This document shows positions 27,799 through 37,505 of a stretch of DNA of 64,000 bases, in pieces (the first letter of the stretch is position 1; each line of letters begins with the position of its first letter). Where the stretch lies: positions 2,048,001 through 2,112,000 of the forward strand of contig OY970280.1 of the NCBI GenBank assembly GCA_963715865.1, in the 5' to 3' direction. The position numbers and the translations under genes were made by a program. The notes under the pieces were generated by a model. It worked only from the letters and a program-made list of their open reading frames with translations. It had not been told where the DNA came from and searched no databases. Source of the DNA: Candidatus Bathyarchaeota archaeon. Lineage in GTDB: Archaea > Thermoproteota > Bathyarchaeia > Bathyarchaeales > Bathycorpusculaceae.

Positions 27799-28803
27799 TT
27801 ACACGTCTTTTAGATTTTCTCGTTCCGCAAACCATTTTGTGTACCATTTATGAGTTTTTTCAAGTCCTTCGTCTAGTGTGTGTTTAGGTTTCCATTGAAG
27901 AATGTCGCGGGCTTTTTTACATGACAAATACTGGTCTTTTATTTCCCCTTTTGCAGAGTTTTTGATTATTGGCTTCAATTTTTCTTTGCCTGCAATTTTG
28001 ATTATTTTATTAACCAACTCTATTACGCTGACTGGTTTCTCTGTTCCAAAGTTGAAAGCTTCTCCTTCAAGCTTTTTCTCTAAAAGGTTCTCAGCAAAGA
28101 CGATGTATGCATCAACCGCATCTTCGATATAGAAATAATCTCGTAGAAATGTTCCATCGCTTCGAATAATTGGATTTTCGTTAAAATAAAGATGTCTTAT
28201 CGTTTGTGGGACAACTCTGTTAAAGTTAAGATCCCCTCCACCGTAAAGATTTCCGCATCGTGTTATGCCAACGGGCAATTTGTAAGTTGCGGCATATCCC
28301 TGGCATAGCATATCCGCCGCCGCTTTGGAAAGGTCATAAGGATGAGTGGCCTTTAACATATCGGTTTCAAAATAGGGGAGTTGCTTTTTTTCCCCGTAGG
28401 CTTTATCAGTGGACGCTACCATTATTCTCTTAACTGTTTCCGAGTTCCTTGTGGCTTCCAACAGATTCCATGTTCCTTTTATGTTGGTTTCGAATGTCGA
28501 GATTGGCGATCTATTGGCTACTTGAACTATTGTTTGGGCAGCAAGATGAAAAACAATTTCTATTTCATACTCATTTAATACTCGTTCAACAAGGAAATAG
28601 TCTCTAACATCTCCCCTTACTGCCGTTATGTTGTTGAAGATATTTTCTTCATACAGTTTTGATTTTGGAACATTGTCTCTGATGATTGCGACTACGTTTG
28701 AACCCGATTTAACTAATTTCTCAGCTAGATAACTGCCAAGAAACCCCGAAGCTCCTGTCACTAAAACATTACGTTCAGTCCAAAAATTGTTTTTTGTGCT
28801 CAT
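27799..28803 (-). CDS. rfbG: CDP-glucose 4,6-dehydratase-like
   Basis: FWTERNVLVTGASGFLG, ASTDKAYG, YDLSK, RCGNLYGGGD; follows rfbF. Confidence 0.82.
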   Translation of the reverse strand: MSTKNNFWTERNVLVTGASGFLGSYLAEKLVKSGSNVVAIIRDNVPKSKLYEENIFNNITAVRGDVRDYFLVERVLNEYEIEIVFHLAAQTIVQVANRSPISTFETNIKGTWNLLEATRNSETVKRIMVASTDKAYGEKKQLPYFETDMLKATHPYDLSKAAADMLCQGYAATYKLPVGITRCGNLYGGGDLNFNRVVPQTIRHLYFNENPIIRSDGTFLRDYFYIEDAVDAYIVFAENLLEKKLEGEAFNFGTEKPVSVIELVNKIIKIAGKEKLKPIIKNSAKGEIKDQYLSCKKARDILQWKPKHTLDEGLEKTHKWYTKWFAERENLKDV

Positions 28804-28810
28804 GTATTCG

Positions 28811-29602
28811 TTACCACATTTTCCATTTTTTTTCTTTTTGCCAAACCTCGTTAAGGTGTTCTATATCCTTGTAAGTGTCCATGGACCCCCAAAATCCTTC
28901 ATGTTTGTAAACATTTAGTTCTTTATCTTTTACTAGTTGTTCAAATGGTTCTCGTTCTAAGATGCAGTTTTCACTGAGATAATCGAATATTTTCTTATTG
29001 AATACGAAAAATCCGCCAGAAACCCATTCTTTCAATGTGGGTTTTTCCTTAAAATAAGTGACCGTTCCCTTGCTGTCGATTTCTAAAATACCATATTTGG
29101 ATGTGGGGTGCAATCCTGTTAAGGTGGCAATTTTATGATTTTCCAGATGGTAGTTAATTAGTTTAGATATGTTTAAGTCAGCAACGCCGTCACCATATGT
29201 AGCTAGGAAGTAGTCTGTATCAATGTATTTTTCTATTTTTTTTATTCTGCCTCCTGTATTTGTTTCTTCACCTGTTTCTGCAAGTGTAACATTCCAATCT
29301 TCTGATGTGTGATTTTCGAATTGTACTTCGCGTTTCGCCACTTTGATTGTGGTGTCGTTGTTATAGAGGCAATAACTTTGGAAATAGTCTCTTATCATAT
29401 CTCCTTTGTAGCCCAAACAGATAACGAAGTCGTTAAAACCATAATGTGAATAAATTTTCATTATATGCCATAAAATTGGTTTTCCTCCAATTTCTACCAA
29501 AGATTTTGGCCTAATTGCTGTCTCTTCTCTTATACGTGTTCCTTTTCCACCGCATAATAAAACTACTTTCACATTATTGTTTTTCATATCGTTCCATTCC
29601 AT
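28811..29602 (-). CDS. rfbF: Glucose-1-phosphate cytidylyltransferase
   Basis: LCGGKGTRI, GYKGDMI, TGGRIK, TYGDG, HEGFWGSMDTYKD. Confidence 0.93.
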   Translation of the reverse strand: MEWNDMKNNNVKVVLLCGGKGTRIREETAIRPKSLVEIGGKPILWHIMKIYSHYGFNDFVICLGYKGDMIRDYFQSYCLYNNDTTIKVAKREVQFENHTSEDWNVTLAETGEETNTGGRIKKIEKYIDTDYFLATYGDGVADLNISKLINYHLENHKIATLTGLHPTSKYGILEIDSKGTVTYFKEKPTLKEWVSGGFFVFNKKIFDYLSENCILEREPFEQLVKDKELNVYKHEGFWGSMDTYKDIEHLNEVWQKEKKWKMW

Positions 29603-29729
29603 TCAAGGAAGTACTTATTTTTATGAGATTATTTAAACCTGTCAATTTATTGTAACATATGGAACAAAAGTGTTGTGGTTCTCAAGGGCAAATGAGAAAA
29701 CTACATGGTTAAATGAAGACAATAGTTTG

Positions 29730-29969
29730 TTATTGTGTATTTCTATTTTTCGTTAGACATGTAAAGAAGTTTAGTAGATGTGACCAAATACTGTTTGGGA
29801 AGGCTTCTGCATTTAACCCTGAGATTCTCGCCCATAGTTCTTTACGCTTTTGCTCCCAACTTTCGTCTGATAATTCCATGTAACGTACAATTTTTTCTTT
29901 CAAATCATCATAGCTTGTCCATCTAAGTTCTTCAGGAATGAACTCTCTCATTCCTCCACTATCGTGAAC
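29730..29969 (-). pseudogene. C-terminal fragment of a GT4 paralogous to 24890-26023
   Basis: VHDSGGMREFIPEELRW..YDDLKEKIV..WEQKRKELW matches the C-terminus of the intact GT4. Confidence 0.8.
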
Positions 29970-30213
29970 GCGCGCGCTTTAGTTATCCAGTTATCCGTTT
30001 ATGTTGGCTCTTAGGGTATATACGTGGTACAAGTTTGAAGAGCATTTGACAACTGGCCAAAAAACTTCCATTACTTGCTTGGAGGTTATAGGTTATATGT
30101 GGAATCAGAAACTAAGTTTAGCTTATAACAAACGCTAAGTATTTTGTGCAAAATATTTCTTAGATTATCAAAGGCGATAAACTATTTATCGACCGAAAAA
30201 ACAGTAGTGTACT

Positions 30214-30942
30214 ATGCCAACATGCGCGGAGGAGAACATAAAGGTTGATTTTGTCATACCTACAAGAGAGAAACCAAACGATACCTTGCTCCATATCATA
30301 GAGCACATGCCATGCGCTGGACAAATAATAATCGCAACAGAACAACCACTTAGTACTAAACGAAAAAATGCTGTGTTGAGAGCTAAAACGGAATGGGTCG
30401 CCATGATTGATGATGATATGCTTTTGCCAGACAATTGGCTACAAAAAGTTACCGCAAATATTGCTCCAAGCGTTGGTGCTATTGGAACAGTCGCAGTTCA
30501 TAAGAACAAGCATGTTGCCGCTTATAACCGAGTAGTTGGAACTGTGGTTAAACTAAACAAGATAGACACCTCGCCCCATATCAATAACATGATAATTCGG
30601 CGAAAAATTATGGAGAATTATAATCCACCGTCTTTGTTTTTCGGCGAAGATCAACAGCTCAAAAGGTATGTTGAAAAAGTAGGGTACGTGTGGAGAGTGC
30701 TGCCGTTTCTTGGTGCGACGCACCTTGGTTCATCTAAGAACTATGTTACGAGTGGTATAGCGTATAGGCGGTATGGTCACTTTACTGTTTTTCAGTTGGT
30801 GAGAAGAATGGTTGCTAGATTTATTTTTACGCCGTTTGCAGCCTTAAGCAACCTAAGCCTTGCAACATTTAGCTACTTGTCTAAAATTAATATAGAGTTT
30901 ATTGCGGGCTGGGCAAAAGAGTTAGTGGCAGAAAAACTGTAA
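30214..30942 (+). CDS. GT2 glycosyltransferase
   Basis: FVIPT, WVAMIDDD, GED. Confidence 0.85.
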   Translation: MPTCAEENIKVDFVIPTREKPNDTLLHIIEHMPCAGQIIIATEQPLSTKRKNAVLRAKTEWVAMIDDDMLLPDNWLQKVTANIAPSVGAIGTVAVHKNKHVAAYNRVVGTVVKLNKIDTSPHINNMIIRRKIMENYNPPSLFFGEDQQLKRYVEKVGYVWRVLPFLGATHLGSSKNYVTSGIAYRRYGHFTVFQLVRRMVARFIFTPFAALSNLSLATFSYLSKINIEFIAGWAKELVAEKL

Positions 30943-30951
30943 AGCGGAGTG

Positions 30952-31827
30952 TTATTGGCACTCCTCAGATTTGCCTTTTTCCGCCGTGATTTCCTTTTGT
31001 AATGCTTCGGCTCTGGCTGTAACCTTTTGGACCTCCGCTGCAACAGCTTTGTCTTTAACCTCTTCCTTGCGCTTCTTATTGGACTCCAAAATCAACCGCA
31101 GAAAATCCGAGTCATAAGCCTTCAGCAGCAGTTCAGTGTTCGGTATCAAGCAGTGCCCACCTATCACGCCTGGAAACATAACAGGTCTGTCAAACCTTAA
31201 ACGGTGGGTATCCTCAAGGAAATCAACCGTTTCATTAAAATCCGCGCCAAAAGCTCTAGAGATTCGATGCATCTCTTGGAAACACGCAATCATCCACGCG
31301 CGATAAGTCGTCTCAAAAAGCTTAGCCAACTCCGTCTCCGTACAACTCTTCAAAACCTTTACTTTTAGGTTCAATTTCTCAAAATGGCCACGAGCGGCCT
31401 GTGCCGCAACTGGACTTGCGCCGCCAACATACTTAGTCCAACGCCTCATTTCCCACTTCATGTGCTCAGCACTTTTGTGCACGCCACGCGCTGGCGAATG
31501 TGCAACGAGACACTTGCATCTTTGAGCTACTTTCATTGTGGTTCCTGGAGGAACAGTGCTGTTAATAATTACGAGTTTGGGCTTAAACTCTTCAACGTAG
31601 CCAACGACTACGTCTGCAAAGTTTTGTTGATTACTGCATGGTAGACAAACATGCATGGTGCCTATTTGGCTTGGAAACTTTTTTCTGCTTTGGTTAAGCT
31701 GGCGCATTTTTGTTTCATCTAAATCCAAGCCGTAAACAGCGAAACTTTTTTTCTCCTCATTCAACAACGCAAAAAGAGTATATCCAATTTCGCCTAAACC
31801 TATAACAAGAACTGTCTCTTTGGTCAA
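30952..31827 (-). CDS. UDP-glucose/GDP-mannose dehydrogenase-family protein, lacking C-terminal domain
   Basis: IGLGEIG, STVPPGTT, ELAKLFE, GGHCL. Confidence 0.8.
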   Translation of the reverse strand: MTKETVLVIGLGEIGYTLFALLNEEKKSFAVYGLDLDETKMRQLNQSRKKFPSQIGTMHVCLPCSNQQNFADVVVGYVEEFKPKLVIINSTVPPGTTMKVAQRCKCLVAHSPARGVHKSAEHMKWEMRRWTKYVGGASPVAAQAARGHFEKLNLKVKVLKSCTETELAKLFETTYRAWMIACFQEMHRISRAFGADFNETVDFLEDTHRLRFDRPVMFPGVIGGHCLIPNTELLLKAYDSDFLRLILESNKKRKEEVKDKAVAAEVQKVTARAEALQKEITAEKGKSEECQ

Positions 31828-31899
31828 ATGCTTGCCTCCGTCATTGGAAAGTCAAGTTAAGGTTAAACTATTTAAATCTGGAGCTCACAAGGACAGTTT

Positions 31900-32412
31900 A
31901 TGCTGAATTCAAAGAGAGGCACGGGCATAATTAGAGGAGCCAACGTGGAAATAGGTGTAAACGTTGCCATTTGGAATTACGTGGTTATAGGAGACAACAC
32001 AAAAATCGGCGACGGAACCACCATAGGAAGCTTCTGCGACATAGGCAAAAACGTAATTTTAGGCAAAAACTGCAACATACAAGCACACGTAACCATCTCA
32101 AACGGTTGCGTACTAGGCAATAACGTGTTTATCGCTCCAAACAGCTCACTTCTAAATGACAAGTACCCAAAAAGCACTTTCATGACGCCACCAATCATCA
32201 AAGACAACGCTGTTATCGGCGGAGGCGTCACCATACTACCCGACGTGACCATAGGAGAGAAAGCTGTGATTGGCGGGGGAAGCGTCGTCACCAAAAACGT
32301 GCCGCCAAGAACAGTGTCAACTGGCGTTCCAGCAAAGGTGGTAATGACTTTAGAAGAATATGAAGCCAAGCGCGACGCTTTCATACAGGCAAGACGCAAG
32401 GTGAACAAATGA
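31900..32412 (+). CDS. Hexapeptide-repeat N-acetyltransferase (WbpD-like)
   Basis: LbH repeats, LLNDKYP, GVPAK. Confidence 0.88.
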   Translation: MLNSKRGTGIIRGANVEIGVNVAIWNYVVIGDNTKIGDGTTIGSFCDIGKNVILGKNCNIQAHVTISNGCVLGNNVFIAPNSSLLNDKYPKSTFMTPPIIKDNAVIGGGVTILPDVTIGEKAVIGGGSVVTKNVPPRTVSTGVPAKVVMTLEEYEAKRDAFIQARRKVNK

Positions 32413-33389
32413 GAATATGGTATGACGCCTGTACTGGCAAGCACGTCAGGTATGGTGCCGCTATTGCGCAGCGTCTCAGGAAATCAGGACACGAATTTGT
32501 TTTTACTACGCGCGAGCATCCAGACACTATACCAGTGGCGCGAATCCTCGGAGAAAAACCTATCGTCATAGGCAAATACAACCCATCAACGCTTTTCTCA
32601 AGGTTGGAAGAGAGCGCCGAACGCATAATGCAGTTTTCCAAGCTCTTCAAGGATAATCTTCCAGACATTGCAATAGCTCATCAATCGGTTGAGCTCTGCC
32701 GAACCGCTTTTGGTTTAGGAATCCCAATAATTTTGACTGCTGATACGCCTTACGCTACAGCCGTCAATAGGCTAACAATACCCTTTGCGCACACAGTCGT
32801 AGTCTCAGAGGCTTTGCCTAAGCGTTTTCTGAAAGATTATTGCGCCAAAAATATTGTTCCGTTCAAAGGAGTAGACGAAGTTGCTTGGATTAAAGATTTT
32901 AAGCCTTCAAAAATTGATGGTTTAAAGAAGCCTTTGATAGTTATTAGACAGGTGGAAGCCAAAGCAGCCTATGCAGGGGGAAAGCAAGACCTTGCACAAA
33001 TCCTTGCAGAAAAACTTGCCACCTTGGGGAATGTGAATTTTATCCAAAGATATAACCAACATGGTAAAACGTTCGGAGTAAAGGAAGCCTTTGTGGATTC
33101 AGCACGTTTGGTTGCAAATGCTGATTTAGTCGTCAGCTACGGAGGAACTATTGCAAGAGAAGCAGCCCTTCAAGGTGTTCCCAGCATAGCTATTTCTGAA
33201 ATGGCTAAAACTTACGTTAACAAGTATCTGGCTAAGAAAGGCTTTCCACTATTCGCCACAACGGAGCGAGGAGTGCTGAGGTATGCGAAGAAGTATCTTG
33301 GTGAAAGATTTGATGTGCATAGCGAGCTTGCAAAATTAGAGAATCCCGTTGATGTGATAGAAAAAGTTGTAGATAGTTTGAGAAACTAG
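32409..33389 (+). CDS. DUF354-family glycosyltransferase-like protein
   Basis: MRIWYD..TGKHV, GVDEVAW, GGTIAREAALQGVPSI. Confidence 0.85.
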   Translation: MRIWYDACTGKHVRYGAAIAQRLRKSGHEFVFTTREHPDTIPVARILGEKPIVIGKYNPSTLFSRLEESAERIMQFSKLFKDNLPDIAIAHQSVELCRTAFGLGIPIILTADTPYATAVNRLTIPFAHTVVVSEALPKRFLKDYCAKNIVPFKGVDEVAWIKDFKPSKIDGLKKPLIVIRQVEAKAAYAGGKQDLAQILAEKLATLGNVNFIQRYNQHGKTFGVKEAFVDSARLVANADLVVSYGGTIAREAALQGVPSIAISEMAKTYVNKYLAKKGFPLFATTERGVLRYAKKYLGERFDVHSELAKLENPVDVIEKVVDSLRN

Positions 33390-33408
33390 CACTTTGGCGC
33401 TTTGCCTG

Positions 33409-34185
33409 TTAAGCAACTGTAACTACGATTTTATCTCCAACTTTCGCATGAAATTTTTCCGCTGCGCTGCCTTGATTTAGGGCTATTTCCATAAAACCGT
33501 GGCTTCCTATTAGGACTATGGGTTCTTTAGGTTTCGCTTGGGCGTAGGCTTTGCCGAACGTGAGTATTAGCGAAATGCTGGGCAATTCTACGTTGACTTT
33601 TTTAGCGTAGTTTTGGACCATTTTCTCGTTTATGTTTGTGATTATGTTACCAAAGCCATCTATGTGCATGACTTCGCCGATTAGAGAGTCGTGTCCTCGT
33701 TTGACTTTGGCGAATTCAGGGTTGATTGGGTCGTTTATTTCTGGTCCAAATTCGATGGGTTGTACTCCCTTCTCTAAGTGGGCTGCTGCAGGCGCAAAAA
33801 TGTCTCTACCGTGAAATGTGCTGGAAATGTTAGGCAACATAAACTTGGGATTTGTAAGTTGGTATACGTGTTCTATTCCTTGACTTTGGGCTGCTAAAAT
33901 CAAAATGCCGTTATCGGGCCCAACAAAAAAGCCCTTCTTAGTCTGTATTAATATAGCGCGTCTTTGGGTGCCGACGCCTGGGTCCACAACAGCCAAGTGA
34001 ACGGTGCCTTCTGGAAAGTATGGTGCAGCCGAAGCCAACATGAAAGCGGCCATTCGAATGTTAAATTTTTCAATATCATGTGTTATGTCGATTAATGTGG
34101 CTTTTGGGTTTATGTTCAAAATCACTCCTTTCATCTCTGCCACATAAGGGTCTTTTAGCCCAAAGTCACTAGTCAAAGTTATCAT
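33409..34185 (-). CDS. SAM hydroxide adenosyltransferase (DUF62, chlorinase/fluorinase family)
   Basis: ITLTSDFG, VVDPGVGT, TFHGRDIFAP, IDGFGN. Confidence 0.92.
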   Translation of the reverse strand: MITLTSDFGLKDPYVAEMKGVILNINPKATLIDITHDIEKFNIRMAAFMLASAAPYFPEGTVHLAVVDPGVGTQRRAILIQTKKGFFVGPDNGILILAAQSQGIEHVYQLTNPKFMLPNISSTFHGRDIFAPAAAHLEKGVQPIEFGPEINDPINPEFAKVKRGHDSLIGEVMHIDGFGNIITNINEKMVQNYAKKVNVELPSISLILTFGKAYAQAKPKEPIVLIGSHGFMEIALNQGSAAEKFHAKVGDKIVVTVA

Positions 34186-34191
34186 TTGAGG

Positions 34192-34476
34192 TTAACCGCC
34201 GTGAACAACTGGTACAAAGACGATTTCGTCTCCATCCTTCAATTTGGTTTCTAAACCGTTTAAAACGCTGATTTCTCTGCCATTTATGAGTATCAGCGCA
34301 TTTGATCGTGAATCGTTGAGTTGTTGGTCGCTGAAGGTTTTTTCTAACTTTGGCATTTGTTGGCTGATTTTTGTTACTAATTCTTTTAGTGACATTCCTT
34401 CTTGGAAGTTAATGGTCAATTGTGTTTTGCCTGATAAGTGGCGTAGTGCACCGATGAATTTTATTGTTAATGCCAT
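34192..34476 (-). CDS. MoaD/ThiS-family ubiquitin-like protein (SAMP)
   Basis: beta-grasp pattern, C-terminal VHGG. Confidence 0.9.
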   Translation of the reverse strand: MALTIKFIGALRHLSGKTQLTINFQEGMSLKELVTKISQQMPKLEKTFSDQQLNDSRSNALILINGREISVLNGLETKLKDGDEIVFVPVVHGG

Positions 34477-34551
34477 TTGTTTTCTGCGCTCATTATATTT
34501 ATAGAATTATTCTTTATGTTAAAATTGTTTTGCACTTTTTTGATTGTGAGG

Positions 34552-34929
34552 TTAAAAGTTTTGGAATCTTTCTTCTGTTAATGTTTCGACGATGTCGGTT
34601 GCAATTTCAACGATTGAATCTGCCTGTTTTATCATTGCTTCGCCGTTTACTTCTTCTAGTTGTGATATTTGTTGTATGATGCTTTCGATTTCTATTAGAA
34701 ACCGTAAAAGTGAATCATTTGTCGTTGGGTTTTTCATGACTTCTTCGCGTATGAGTATTTCTATAAAGGCAGGTTCACCTAGACTGTAGTATATTGCGTT
34801 TCTTGCTTTTCTGATTGCTTCTAAAACTAAACCAGGTGCCATATAAGGTATTTTTCGCGCTGCTTCCAATTCGGCTTTTGCCTCACGAAGGTACCTTAGT
34901 GCCCATCCTTTCCTGTACTCATCCATCAT
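34552..34929 (-). CDS. Hypothetical helical (HEPN-like) protein
   Basis: WALRYLREAKAELEAA pattern; start set at MMDEY. Confidence 0.6.
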   Translation of the reverse strand: MMDEYRKGWALRYLREAKAELEAARKIPYMAPGLVLEAIRKARNAIYYSLGEPAFIEILIREEVMKNPTTNDSLLRFLIEIESIIQQISQLEEVNGEAMIKQADSIVEIATDIVETLTEERFQNF

Positions 34930-34957
34930 GCGGGATTCTTTTCCTAAAATTACTTGT

Positions 34958-35194
34958 TTATTCTGATGCTTCTTCTTCGCTAACATCAGGTTCAGTTGAA
35001 GAGCTGGCTTGAGCTAATGATAGCTTACGCGTTATATATCCAGCAATCTGATTTCTTACTCGTGTGGTTGTTCCTTGCGTTAAAGAGTCAACTAAACGCT
35101 TGTTCTCGTCAAAGTTGCTGGTGAATTTATTTGGAAAACGCGCCATTAGTTCTTTGCCGACTCGTTTAATTTGTTCAGTCTTAACTTTTCCCAA
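34958..35194 (-). CDS. rps17e: 30S ribosomal protein S17e
   Basis: GKVKTEQIKR...FTSNFDENK...RNQIAGYITR; TTG start. Confidence 0.95.
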   Translation of the reverse strand: MGKVKTEQIKRVGKELMARFPNKFTSNFDENKRLVDSLTQGTTTRVRNQIAGYITRKLSLAQASSSTEPDVSEEEASE

Positions 35195-35355
35195 ATCAGT
35201 GATTCCTCCGATCATCAACGTTTTTAGTGTCCGACGCTTGATAGCGTAGAAGCAATTCTCAATAGATGATAGGCTTAATTTAAGTTTACGCCTTATAGCG
35301 CGAATTAACTGACCGATAAATCGTAAGGCAGATTATGAAGGGTAAAATAAAATTT

Positions 35356-36129
35356 TTAGTTTACTTTTATGTTAAAGAAAACCTCAAAGTTTTTGGCGAT
35401 TTGTTCGGCAACGTCACCAACTTGCATTTTCTTGATTTCAGCCACTGCTTCAACTACATTGCGTATGAACGATGGCTTGGTTAATTGTCCATTGTAAGGG
35501 CGTTTCCAATATGTCACTGGACCGTCGGTTTCTGTTAACAAGTTTGTTAATGGTACTTTCTCCACGACTTCGCGGATGCCGTTAGAGTAAGTTACAGGTG
35601 GTCCTTCAGTGATAAAGTAGCCGTTGTCTATTGCCTTGTATAGTGCGCTCATTGGGTGACTGAACCAGTGCAGCAGCACTCGCTTGAGAGTGTATGAGGG
35701 AAGCATGTCTACTATTTTGTCGGTTGTTCCACGTGAATGAATAATTACGGGAAGGTCAAGCGTTTCGGCAAGGTGAAGCATTTTATCGAAAACCATCGTT
35801 TGCTTTTCCCATATAGTTTCATACTTGTAGTCTAAGCCGATTTCGCCTATTGCTTTAACAATGTTTTTTTGTTTTTGAATGAAATCGATAGTTTCTTCAA
35901 GTTCGTTTTCTTTGAGAACGTTTACGTTCCATGGGTGAATCCCTAAAGCGGGATAAACTATATCAGGGTATTTTTCTGCTAATTTAATGTCGTTTTGACA
36001 AGTTTTTAGATCCATTGAATTTGTAACTAACGCTGTTATGCCTGCGTTTTTTGCGTCCGCTATTAGCTCATCGATGTGGCCGGTGTATTCTGCGTCGGAG
36101 AGGTGGATATGGGCGTCTATTAGCTTCAT
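35356..36129 (-). CDS. tatD: TatD-family DNase
   Basis: IDAHIH, GIHP, IGEIGLD, IHSR, LTETDGP. Confidence 0.93.
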   Translation of the reverse strand: MKLIDAHIHLSDAEYTGHIDELIADAKNAGITALVTNSMDLKTCQNDIKLAEKYPDIVYPALGIHPWNVNVLKENELEETIDFIQKQKNIVKAIGEIGLDYKYETIWEKQTMVFDKMLHLAETLDLPVIIHSRGTTDKIVDMLPSYTLKRVLLHWFSHPMSALYKAIDNGYFITEGPPVTYSNGIREVVEKVPLTNLLTETDGPVTYWKRPYNGQLTKPSFIRNVVEAVAEIKKMQVGDVAEQIAKNFEVFFNIKVN

Positions 36130-36214
36130 TTTTCTCAGCGCTATTATCACGGTTGAGCGTTTTATAATTTTCTTTGCTTATAATGGCAAGTTTTATGTTA
36201 ACGGTATTTTAGAA

Positions 36215-36510
36215 GAAAAAGCGATAACAAAGGTTAAATATTGCTTTAAAAAGAAAAAGAAGCTACGGAGTAGTCGTTATGACCGAATTAGAAATAGCTG
36301 TAGCTCCCATGCACAGGTTATGCAAAAAAGCTGGCGCTGACAGAGTAAGTGAGGCAGCAGCAAAGGAACTTGCAAAGGCACTTGAAGAAATTGGTGTAAA
36401 GATTGCTAAAGAAGCACTTGATTTTGCGATGCATGCTGGAAGAAAAACAATCAAAGCGGAAGATATTGAGATCGCCGCTAGAAAAGTCATGGGAAAATAG
36501 TAACCTAATA
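36215..36510 (+). repeat. About 296-bp duplicated segment (histone gene + promoter); inverted copy at 48961-49256
   Basis: GAAAAAGCGATAACAAAGGTTAAATATTGCTTTAAAAAGAAAAAGA is shared upstream of both histones. Confidence 0.9.
36279..36500 (+). CDS. Archaeal histone (HMf-type), copy 1
   Basis: [16 protein letters not shown]...[12 protein letters not shown]. Confidence 0.95.
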   Translation: MTELEIAVAPMHRLCKKAGADRVSEAAAKELAKALEEIGVKIAKEALDFAMHAGRKTIKAEDIEIAARKVMGK

Positions 36511-36651
36511 ACTCAAGTTCTCCCTTTCTTCTTTTTTGTTAAAGTTATTTGCGTTCTATGGCTCGGAAGGAACTTGCCTCTCTTATATGGAGCACTTTTT
36601 GGCATGATAAGAGTTTAGGTTCTTTTTGCGTCGAAAATGGAACGGTTTTTT

Positions 36652-37419
36652 TTAAGCGGTTGCTGATGAGTCCCATAGGAATTGGAAGTACTCTCGTGCA
36701 AAACCGACTAAGCCCACGTGGTTGCTCCATATGACTAGGCTTGGCTTGTCCTCGCCTAGAAGTAGCATGGCTTCTTTGCCGTCAGCAATTATGCCGCCGC
36801 CGAACATGTGGTCTCTAATTCGCAGCTCGTTTAAGCCAGGGTATTTTTTTATGAAGAGCCAGTCTTCCTTTTTTCCAGCCGCCATCAGTTTAACGCTAAC
36901 AGTTTTCTTCAAGCCGCTACCCAGCAAGGGCTCAGCCATGGCGATTACTGGTTTAGCGAATTCTGGTGCTGCAATCACGATTTCCATTGTGGCTTTTTTG
37001 AGGACTTCTTCAAGTTTAGTTAAGACGGCTTGTTGACCACGCAAGATCAGCATGTCTGGTCGCTCAACGAGTTCGCGTTTTTCGTACAAGGGCTGAAGCG
37101 CTTCGGCAACAGTGTTTTCCCAGTTCAAGTATTTGTCTTCCAACCGCAGCTTTGTGAATCTTGTTGCTTCGAGCGGTGGCACTGGGTAATATTTGAATGG
37201 ACGACTTTCGCTACTTTTAATCCAGCCCTTTTCTTTAAGCGAGTTGAGAACCTCATACATTTTGCTGTAGGGCACTTTAGCTTCCTGGCTTATCTCCATA
37301 GCCGTCATTTGCCCACCTTCCAGCAACACTATGTAAGCGTCAATTTCGTAGGCGTTCAAGCCCATTTCTCGCAAAGCATTCCGAGTGTTCTCGTTAATTG
37401 ACACGTCTTTTCCCCTCAA
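36652..37419 (-). CDS. TrmB-family transcriptional regulator
   Basis: GLNAYEIDAYIVLL...VPYSKMYEVLNSL..KGWI..RPFKYYPVPP. Confidence 0.9.
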   Translation of the reverse strand: MRGKDVSINENTRNALREMGLNAYEIDAYIVLLEGGQMTAMEISQEAKVPYSKMYEVLNSLKEKGWIKSSESRPFKYYPVPPLEATRFTKLRLEDKYLNWENTVAEALQPLYEKRELVERPDMLILRGQQAVLTKLEEVLKKATMEIVIAAPEFAKPVIAMAEPLLGSGLKKTVSVKLMAAGKKEDWLFIKKYPGLNELRIRDHMFGGGIIADGKEAMLLLGEDKPSLVIWSNHVGLVGFAREYFQFLWDSSATA

Positions 37420-37505
37420 TCACCATAGGAAACGTTTGGAAACCTTATTATCATCAATGGCTCTTAAGCACTTCGAAAGCGCTCAGATGTAAGAAGGACA
37501 AAAGT

